In this document: positions 30,668 through 37,270 of the stretch, in pieces
How the letters are laid out: each line of letters begins with the position of its first letter
Numbering within the stretch: the stretch's first letter is position 1
From: Myxococcales bacterium
Lineage (GTDB): Bacteria; Myxococcota_A; Polyangia; Polyangiales; Polyangiaceae
Assembly (NCBI GenBank): GCA_043747615.1
Contig: JAYTOU010000030.1
Coordinates: 1 to 37,270, forward strand
DNA length: 37,270 bases
Direction of reading: 5' to 3'
Program-made: the position numbers and the translations under genes
The notes under the pieces: model-generated
Databases searched by the model: none
What the model saw: the letters and a program-made list of their open reading frames with translations, nothing else
What the model was told of the DNA's origin: nothing

Positions 30668-31037
30668 GCCGAAAGACGCCGCGGGGTTGTCTGGCTTCAC
30701 CGACAGCCGCTCGACGGAGAGCCGCGTCTAGGCGAGCTCCGAGCCCGCCAGCGCCCCTGTGGCGCTGCGCGCTGCGACTTCCCAACGCGGGAGGCTCGCA
30801 TGACGTAAGCGCGCGCACGCACAAAACGAAGCGGCCTCGCTGAAGCGGCACCACCCGCATCAACAAGGCCAGCTGTTTGGACTCACTCGAATTGCAAGAC
30901 CCGAGAGAGACCAAGCATAGGGGTTCCTTTGTCCTCGTGCAAGACACTCGAACGAGGACGGCGAAGGCTCCGCGGCGTCACCACCGCTGCGGAAGCGGGA
31001 TGCGTTTCGTGTCCCATTTTTCGAACGCCCCGAGCTG

Positions 31038-32249
31038 ATGTCACGCGCGCCGCGCAATGCGACACGCGATCACGCTGCCTCGGGCCTCGCCGCGTCTTCA
31101 GGCGCGGAAGGGGCATGCTCGATGTTGAATGCAACAACAGCCCTCCCGGCGGGACCGGGGGGACAAGACGTAGAAGTGTTTCCGCTTCGAGAGCGGCTTC
31201 GTTTCCGAGACAGCTTTGGTCATGCGTTGCGCGACCTGAGGTCGGGCAGCGCGGCGTTTCAAGGACTCGCGAAGGGTCCTTGGGCGCTCTTCATTGCGAT
31301 CGCCGTTCATTGGCAGAGCAACGCGGAAGCGTGGCCGAGCCAAGAAGCGCTCGCGCGTTTCAGTGGGTGCACGGCGAGGGCCGTACGTGGGTACGCAGGG
31401 ACGCTGGAACATGGTGGCTTCCTTCGCCTGCGTCGCGAGCGCCAAGCGAATGGATCGGAGCGCATTTACTACGCGCCGGGTCCGGTCCTCCTGACCGCCC
31501 TCGCCGCGTTCATCGACAAGTTTCCCAGGGAGCGATCTTTCAAAGAGCTCCGCCGTCTGCCGCCGGAATCTCCTTCCGCTGGACTGACGGAAACCGTTGC
31601 CGGTGCCCCGGCGGAAGCAGTTTCCATGGAACCTAAAGATCAGATCAGAACTTCTTTTTCTTGCGTGAGCGATGCGGCGATCGTCGTCGAACCGGCAACG
31701 CTAGCTCACGTCCCTCCCCGGCCCGAGCCCGGTGTCGAGGCTGGACTCGAAGAAGAACAATTTCGGGTCACCAGGGAGGATCGAGAGATCGCGCGCATCG
31801 CGCTGACCGAGCGGATGAAACGCAAGTATCCAAAGCGGGCGCCGCCACGGTGGTACGACCGCGCGGATGTCGAGATGGTGGCCGCATGCACGGCTGCGAC
31901 CGAGGGCGACCGCGAAGCGAAACTGAAAGCGAATCGCGATGCGATCACCGGAGCCTTCTGCACGTCGAAGGACGGGCCTCCGACATCGCGGTTCATTTGG
32001 GGGCGGCTCGAGCATTTTCTCGAGCACGTCGATCGCGGCCGACGGAAGGCTTGGTCCGAGGACCAGGTGGCCCGAAGTCGCGCTGGCGATCGGGAAGGAC
32101 CGGAGGAAGCATCGCGCTTGTCGCCCAGCGATCCGCTCATCGTACCGCGGGACCAAGTCGTTGCCGACCTCGCTCGGATCTTCGGCGCGCCCCCGGTCAG
32201 CGTCGCGAGCGTCGACGACGTCTACGCGAAGCAGGCAGGTACACAGTGA
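31038..32249 (+). CDS. Helix-turn-helix (HTH_36-like) putative replication initiator
   Basis: WALFIAIA...AWPSQEALARFSGCTARAVRGYAGTLEHGGFL...IYY winged helix, typical of phage/plasmid Rep N-termini; upstream of par genes. Start uncertain. Confidence 0.65.
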   Translation: MSRAPRNATRDHAASGLAASSGAEGACSMLNATTALPAGPGGQDVEVFPLRERLRFRDSFGHALRDLRSGSAAFQGLAKGPWALFIAIAVHWQSNAEAWPSQEALARFSGCTARAVRGYAGTLEHGGFLRLRRERQANGSERIYYAPGPVLLTALAAFIDKFPRERSFKELRRLPPESPSAGLTETVAGAPAEAVSMEPKDQIRTSFSCVSDAAIVVEPATLAHVPPRPEPGVEAGLEEEQFRVTREDREIARIALTERMKRKYPKRAPPRWYDRADVEMVAACTAATEGDREAKLKANRDAITGAFCTSKDGPPTSRFIWGRLEHFLEHVDRGRRKAWSEDQVARSRAGDREGPEEASRLSPSDPLIVPRDQVVADLARIFGAPPVSVASVDDVYAKQAGTQ

Positions 32250-32938
32250 ACAAAGTACCTGGGTACACAGGGAAAGACGGACCGGTGTTGACGGTCGCGG
32301 TGCTCCAGCAAAAAGGCGGCAGCGGGAAGACGACACTCGCGATCAATCTTGCTGCGGCGGCACATTTCGAGGGGCGCCGCGCGCTCGTCGTCGACATGGA
32401 CCGCCAAGGAAGCGCGTTCGATTGGAGCGCGGCGCGGCAGGACGGGTCGCCGCTCGACGGGCTTGCCGTCGTGAAGGCGGACCGAGCGATGGCGCTGCCG
32501 CGGTTCGGCGAGATCTCGCGTGGGTACGACTACGTGTTCCTCGACGGTCCGCCGCGGCTCGGCGACATCACGCAGAGCGCCGCGGTCGCCGCCGACGTCG
32601 CGCTGCTTCCGATCCAGCCTGGCCCGTTCGATTTTTGGGCGGTGATGGAGACGCTCGAATCGCTCGACGGGGCTGACCAGATTCGAGAGCAGCTTGGGCG
32701 CGCGCCGATACGCCGGGCATTCGTTCTCAACCGCGCGGGGACGAACACGCGCCTCGCTCGTGAGGCCGAGATCGAGCTCCGGAAATCAGGCGGCGAGCTC
32801 GCCGGCGTCGTGCATCAGCGCGTCGCTTTTCCGGACGCTGCGTCGCTGGGCGAGTCGGTGTTCACCATGAAGAGCGGCGAGTCGGCCGCGATCGACATTC
32901 GTCGCCTGTGGCGCCAGTTGAAAGGTGGAGAGCAATGA
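32246..32938 (+). CDS. parA: ParA/ParF-type partition ATPase (short, type Ib)
   Basis: QKGGSGKTT, VDMDRQGS, FLDGPP, PIQPGPFD, VLNR. Start GTG 32246 or 32285. Confidence 0.92.
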   Translation: MNKVPGYTGKDGPVLTVAVLQQKGGSGKTTLAINLAAAAHFEGRRALVVDMDRQGSAFDWSAARQDGSPLDGLAVVKADRAMALPRFGEISRGYDYVFLDGPPRLGDITQSAAVAADVALLPIQPGPFDFWAVMETLESLDGADQIREQLGRAPIRRAFVLNRAGTNTRLAREAEIELRKSGGELAGVVHQRVAFPDAASLGESVFTMKSGESAAIDIRRLWRQLKGGEQ

Positions 32939-33141
32939 GTTTGAGTTTGAAGAAGCCAAGCAGGGAGCAATTGGAGCGGACCGCGACGAAGGCGGCAGAG
33001 CGGCTCGGCGGCGGGGAGAAGCGCATTGTCGCGGACGTGCCGGAGCATATTCATCGGCAGGTTCGTGTGAGGTGCCTTGAACGTGGGGTGCTGGTGAGGG
33101 ACTACATTCTCGAGCTGCTCGCACGGGACGGCATCGGCTGA
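32935..33141 (+). CDS. ParG-like ribbon-helix-helix centromere-binding protein
   Basis: ATGA overlap with parA, 68 aa, flexible N-terminal tail then KRIVADVPEHIHRQVRVRCLERGVLVRDYILELL (beta-alpha-alpha RHH pattern). Confidence 0.8.
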   Translation: MSLSLKKPSREQLERTATKAAERLGGGEKRIVADVPEHIHRQVRVRCLERGVLVRDYILELLARDGIG

Positions 33142-33240
33142 CTGCCCAGGGCATTCGATCGGAGCCCTGGACGAACGCCGGCCTCGGCAACACTGGGCAC
33201 AACGAGGCGGCCGGCCTGGCCCAACCTACGTAGCGTAGCC

Positions 33241-34065
33241 CTACGCGCAGGAAAACATACTCTTGGATCCCCCATCGAAGAGCAGGCGGTCAAGTCGCGC
33301 ACACTCCGTTCGTGCCTCCGCGAGGGTGCGTACTTTTTTGTCGACCATGACCATGCTCGGACTCGGACTCTTCGACGTGAACTTCAGCGTGCGGTATCCG
33401 GCAGGCCGCATCGCGTCCATGATGACCTTCTTGATCCGCCCAAGCTCCCGCGGCTCGACCCGATCGCGACGCGGAGGGCAGGAGATCTGCATTCCGACCT
33501 CAAGATGGACCTCCTCGTCTCTGTCTTCGAGAACAGAGCAGTAGGCGAGCACCCTCCAAAGCCGGGTGTCATGCAGGGGCACCGCGTGGCCCCGCCTCTC
33601 TGCGGCAGCCCATGTCCAGATCCATCCCTTCCGGAATCGAAGGTAATCAAAGGCACTCTGCGGAAGCGGCCGTCGCGCCTGCCCGAGAGGGCGGGCCATC
33701 CGATGCGGTAGGCTCCCGATGGCATCGCGATCCAAAGCGATCATCTCGAGGCGCCGTGCCTCGGCGATCAGCTCGCGTTGACCGCGGAGGGGGCGACGAG
33801 CGAAGAGCCAGTTGTTTTCGAGAATCCGGCCAACCGTGTAGCCCGCAATCCGAAGCGCGGCCGCCGTGCGCCGGGCCTGCGCATACGATCGCTCGGTTAC
33901 TTCCATTTCGGCGGAGACCGTGCCCCCTACGATCGTCACCCACGTGCCGAAGCGATGCGTCGATTCATCTTCCTCGGAGCGCTTGAACCGGAGGCCATAG
34001 AGCGACCAGCCACCGCGTTGTGAGCGGAAGTCTGCTGCGAGCGCTAGGGCCGTTGGGGAACTCAC
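33241..34065 (-). CDS. Hypothetical protein with apparent internal domain duplication
   Basis: 274-aa ORF with two similar segments: ALRIAGY...ELIAEARRLE and AMRPAGY...EARTECARLD. Confidence 0.6.
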   Translation of the reverse strand: MSSPTALALAADFRSQRGGWSLYGLRFKRSEEDESTHRFGTWVTIVGGTVSAEMEVTERSYAQARRTAAALRIAGYTVGRILENNWLFARRPLRGQRELIAEARRLEMIALDRDAIGSLPHRMARPLGQARRPLPQSAFDYLRFRKGWIWTWAAAERRGHAVPLHDTRLWRVLAYCSVLEDRDEEVHLEVGMQISCPPRRDRVEPRELGRIKKVIMDAMRPAGYRTLKFTSKSPSPSMVMVDKKVRTLAEARTECARLDRLLFDGGSKSMFSCA

Positions 34066-34129
34066 GAGAGGAGCGTCGCCGATCTCAAGCGTCGATGGAA
34101 GTGGCGGAAATGCCCGCGCGTCCTGGTGG

Positions 34130-35158
34130 TCACTTCCGGAGAAATGTCTCCGGCCTGAGTGGGTTCACCTTGTTCAAGAGTTGGCCGACCCGGGCAAGCG
34201 TGCCGTCGCGTTTTCTCTTCGTTTCGACGGTCAAAGGCCGCAGCTCGAATCGCCCGTCTGCTGCCAACGTCGCGACGTGAGTGACGAGCCAGGTCACCAG
34301 TTCGTTGGTGTACAGAACGAACGTGTGAAGACTCGCGTGCTCCTTCTCCTCCAGCAGCTCGATCGCTCCGTGGCCCACATCTACTTGATTGCGCACGTGC
34401 GCAAGGGCAGCAAATAATTCGATGAGTTCATCTTGCAATCCAAGTTTCTCCAACGTTTCGCGAAGCTCGTCGATCGAACCATGCGGGAGCAGAACCTCGA
34501 TTGCCTTATTGAGGTTGAGGAGTTGCTCACCAGCGAATTGAGCGGGGTGGGCGCCCTGGTAGGCTAGCCACCGAGCGTGGTTCACGTATCGACTCGCGGC
34601 GAAGACGCGCTCGACGACGGCCGGTGACACCTTCGAAAAGCGGTCCATCTCCTCGCTGATCGAGCGTGCCAGAGTCTCCGGTCCGCCGCTCCACACCACG
34701 TTTTGGAACGTGCCGCGGACCTCAACCTCGAAGAACTTGTCACCGACGTTACCGAAGACTTCCTCGACCCGCACGGGGCCGTGAAGCGCTCCCGCTAACA
34801 GCGCGGGCAAGTCCTTCGCTACCATCTCTATGCACCGCCGGAAGGCGCTGTCCGCTGCGATCTCCCCTTCGACCGTGGCGACGCTGCCTTCGACGCGAAG
34901 CGCAAGTTCGAAGAGCGCGGCCGTCGCCGGAGCCTTCTTGAAACGACCCCCGGGCGCATGGCGAACGCCGCCGTGCCACATATCCGGTTTGAGTTGGACC
35001 TGATGGCCAGGCGGAACGACGACGAGTCTCCCCGATAGCGGCTCCTCGCCGAAGAGTTCCTTCGGGGCTAGCTGCGCATGGACGACAACGACGGCCGGGA
35101 ATGAAGGGAGGCCCCCACCGAATTTCACGAGTCGATGGGGGATGTCGAGAATTGGCAT
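34130..35158 (-). CDS. Putative HEPN-like (ApeA/MauJ-type) protein
   Basis: Start ATG 35158 after an AAGGAG SD; beta-rich N-terminus, then LLNLNKAIEVL and R-x6-H motif RNQVDVGH. Confidence 0.6.
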   Translation of the reverse strand: MPILDIPHRLVKFGGGLPSFPAVVVVHAQLAPKELFGEEPLSGRLVVVPPGHQVQLKPDMWHGGVRHAPGGRFKKAPATAALFELALRVEGSVATVEGEIAADSAFRRCIEMVAKDLPALLAGALHGPVRVEEVFGNVGDKFFEVEVRGTFQNVVWSGGPETLARSISEEMDRFSKVSPAVVERVFAASRYVNHARWLAYQGAHPAQFAGEQLLNLNKAIEVLLPHGSIDELRETLEKLGLQDELIELFAALAHVRNQVDVGHGAIELLEEKEHASLHTFVLYTNELVTWLVTHVATLAADGRFELRPLTVETKRKRDGTLARVGQLLNKVNPLRPETFLRK

Positions 35159-35425
35159 CGAGGCTCCTTCGCCACAGCGCGGTAGCACGCGACGGAGACG
35201 GGGAGCGAGAAACCCGCCAGCCGAGGACGCGACGAGCGCGCGATTTCGTCCGATCGGCGGACCGCGTGAGCAACCGCCGATTGTTGAGAACGTCGGCGTC
35301 GCAACGACTGGCGCGCGCCGACCCCTAAGGGCGCGTTGCACCCTCACCCTAAGGCTGATGCGGCTTGCCTCACACGCTCGCGCGAAGGCGTAGTCCGAGT
35401 TCCGAGGACCGCGTAGCATCGTCAC

Positions 35426-37270
35426 GTGCCCCCGCCGAAAGAGAAAGCGGGAGCCAGCCCTTACGCGTCGGGCGCGGGTGGCGTGACACTCGAGCGCACC
35501 TACGGAGCGACGCTCCTGGCAGCACTCCTCCTTGGCGACCCCATTCTCGGGCTAGGCGACGAGCAGCGTGTCGTACGCGTCGCATTTCAAACAACGCCCG
35601 ACACCAGCGCTGTCGACGATTTTGTCGCGTACGGAGAGGCCGCGGGCGGGAATGGCCACGGTCGGCGTCTCTCGGTGGGCGTCCGCAGGGACCCGACAAT
35701 CGCGCCGAGCGACCAGAAATTCGTCAAACTCCTTGGCGACTATCTCCGAATCGTTGTCGCGCACGCCGCCGACGTCGACGAAGATCGATGGCGTCTCGGG
35801 CTCGCGGTGGCCGGTCCACACACCGGAGCGCGAGAGACCGCGACGCTCGCGGATCTCGCAAGGGCACACGCGACCAACGATCTCTTTCGTGAGCGCGTCG
35901 GCCGTGAACTCGGAACGACCGCCTCGGTACGAGAGCGGCTCCGCCTCATCGACGAGTCCGTCGTCGCTGCTGCGACCTCAGCAAACCTGAAAGACGTCGC
36001 CGATCTGAAACATCTTACTTGGCGCGCTCTCCGCGCACTTCGGCTGTTTGAAACAAGGCTCGAGGGGGATGACGCCGCGGACCGAACAGCGGCCGTTGCG
36101 AGACTTCGCGGCATCGCCCCACACGATGCCGACTCGCTCTTTCGCACCCTGTCGGCCCTCGCAGGCGACTTCGCGGTAAAGGCGGGAACGATCGATGAGG
36201 CGGCGCTCCGTCGTGCGCTCACGGGCGTGGCGTCGGTCGGGCGATCGCCGTCGTACGCACACGGATGGGCGGCCCTCAAAATCTGCGAGGAGCAGCTTCG
36301 CGCTAGGACCCGAAGCGAACTTGTTGAGGGCGCGGCAGTCAATCCGGTTCGGCTCTCCCTTGCCCGAACGGAGCAAGTGGAAAGCCTGTCCGCCCATTTG
36401 CGTCTAGCGGCGGAGCGTGGGGAGGCGACGGTCATTACGGGGGAACCGGAAGTCGGTAAATCGGCGCTCGCACTGTCGGTCGTCGATCGGCTCCGGACCG
36501 AGTCATCCCACGTCATCGCGCTGAGTCTCCGCGACCTGCCGCGCACCGGGGGCGAACTTGACCATTTGTTTGGTGCGCCGATTGCGAAGCTCCTCGGTGG
36601 AGCCGCGGTCGCTGCGACGCGGGTCCTCGTTCTCGACGGGGCGGAGGTGGTGCTCGAAGGAAGACGAGAGATTCTCGCGTACGTCGTTCGCGCTGCGTTC
36701 CAAAACGGATTCTCCGTCGCAGCGGTCACTCGGAGCGACGCTGCGGTCGCAGTGAACGACGCACTGGCCGACACCGCAGGAATGGCGGCTCCCACTCACA
36801 TCGTTGTCCCTCCCCTTGCCGAGGCCGAAGTCGACGAGGTCGCAAGGACCTTCCCGGCGCTCGGTCGCATCGCAAAAGAACCGCGCGCACGCTGGATGCT
36901 CGCGCGACCAGGGCTAGTCGCCGCGCTCCTTCGCAGCAGCTCGCACATCACACTGCCGAGCGGCGCGCTTTGCGAAGCCGACGTCTTTGCGGCGGTCTGG
37001 CGCCACTCCGTCAGACGAAACGAGCAGCACGCGCCAGGCGATGCGACGCCCGACGGTAGAGAGGCGGCGCTCCTTGCCCTCGCGCGGCGGCTCCTCCAGC
37101 CGGAGTCAAGCGCGGTTCCCGACCCAACGGCACTTGCGTCACTCCGATCCGATGGCCTGCTCCTGTCCCTCGGTCCGAACAGCGCGTGGCAAGCTGGCGA
37201 TGATTTTGCCAACGACCTCGTCCGCGACCTCGCGATTGCACGCCTGCTCCTCAAATCCTCGAGCGAGAAT
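35426..37270 (+). CDS. STAND-class NTPase with N-terminal nuclease-like domain (Avs/AVAST-like), truncated by window end
   Basis: Frame from GTG 35426 is open for 615 codons to the edge. SPYASGAGGVTLE...VAFQ...VDDFV N-terminus, Walker A GEPEVGKS (36440-36463), Walker B VLVLDGAE, AVTRSD, winged-helix FANDLVRD. Confidence 0.85.
   Translation, partial: MPPPKEKAGASPYASGAGGVTLERTYGATLLAALLLGDPILGLGDEQRVVRVAFQTTPDTSAVDDFVAYGEAAGGNGHGRRLSVGVRRDPTIAPSDQKFVKLLGDYLRIVVAHAADVDEDRWRLGLAVAGPHTGARETATLADLARAHATNDLFRERVGRELGTTASVRERLRLIDESVVAAATSANLKDVADLKHLTWRALRALRLFETRLEGDDAADRTAAVARLRGIAPHDADSLFRTLSALAGDFAVKAGTIDEAALRRALTGVASVGRSPSYAHGWAALKICEEQLRARTRSELVEGAAVNPVRLSLARTEQVESLSAHLRLAAERGEATVITGEPEVGKSALALSVVDRLRTESSHVIALSLRDLPRTGGELDHLFGAPIAKLLGGAAVAATRVLVLDGAEVVLEGRREILAYVVRAAFQNGFSVAAVTRSDAAVAVNDALADTAGMAAPTHIVVPPLAEAEVDEVARTFPALGRIAKEPRARWMLARPGLVAALLRSSSHITLPSGALCEADVFAAVWRHSVRRNEQHAPGDATPDGREAALLALARRLLQPESSAVPDPTALASLRSDGLLLSLGPNSAWQAGDDFANDLVRDLAIARLLLKSSSEN

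Larger units (their letters stand above)
30578..37270. mobile_element. Integrated plasmid-like element or genomic island at tRNA-Gly (continues past the window)
   Basis: Starts at the tRNA 3' end, has arm-like direct repeats, a Rep-like HTH gene, parA/parG-like genes and defence-like genes, with more A/T-ending codons. No integrase or attR in the window. Confidence 0.75.

Noticed and set aside
31661..32245. Long N-terminal extension of ParA (425-aa ORF)
   Set aside because: Overlaps the Rep-like gene in another frame and is Arg-rich noise; ParA motifs begin after 32246.
35552..37254. Several short ORFs listed in the track at the right end
   Set aside because: All overlap the single open STAND NTPase frame from 35426, which carries recognisable motifs.

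Overview
High-GC chromosomal segment. Gene content (Ser/Thr kinases with PEGA-type partners, sigma-54 activator, sulfatase-HEAT protein) points to a myxobacterium of the Polyangiales/Sorangiineae type (inference). 1-30.6 kb is mostly core genome: tRNA-Glu/tRNA-Gln divergent from CIRCE-controlled groES-groEL, a CRP-family regulator with a class II cNMP phosphodiesterase, helD, a clear 28-bp XerCD dif site at 7297-7324 (the window probably spans the replication terminus), cysN/cysD, bamB/yfgM-like genes, recG, greA, bamD, an NtrC-type regulator, a kinase and a pseudokinase, dut, guaA, an isoaspartyl peptidase and tRNA-Gly(CCC). After the tRNA-Gly 3' end is an apparently integrated plasmid-like element: HTH Rep-like gene, parA, a parG-like gene, a duplicated-domain protein, a HEPN-like protein and a large STAND NTPase (35426 to the window end, absent from the ORF track), together a candidate anti-phage module. 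The main unexplained items are a ~300-nt highly structured transcript unit with a 14-codon mini-ORF (30.08-30.41 kb) and a stand-alone 51-aa basic protein (27413-27568). All calls come from reading the sequence; no database searches were run.
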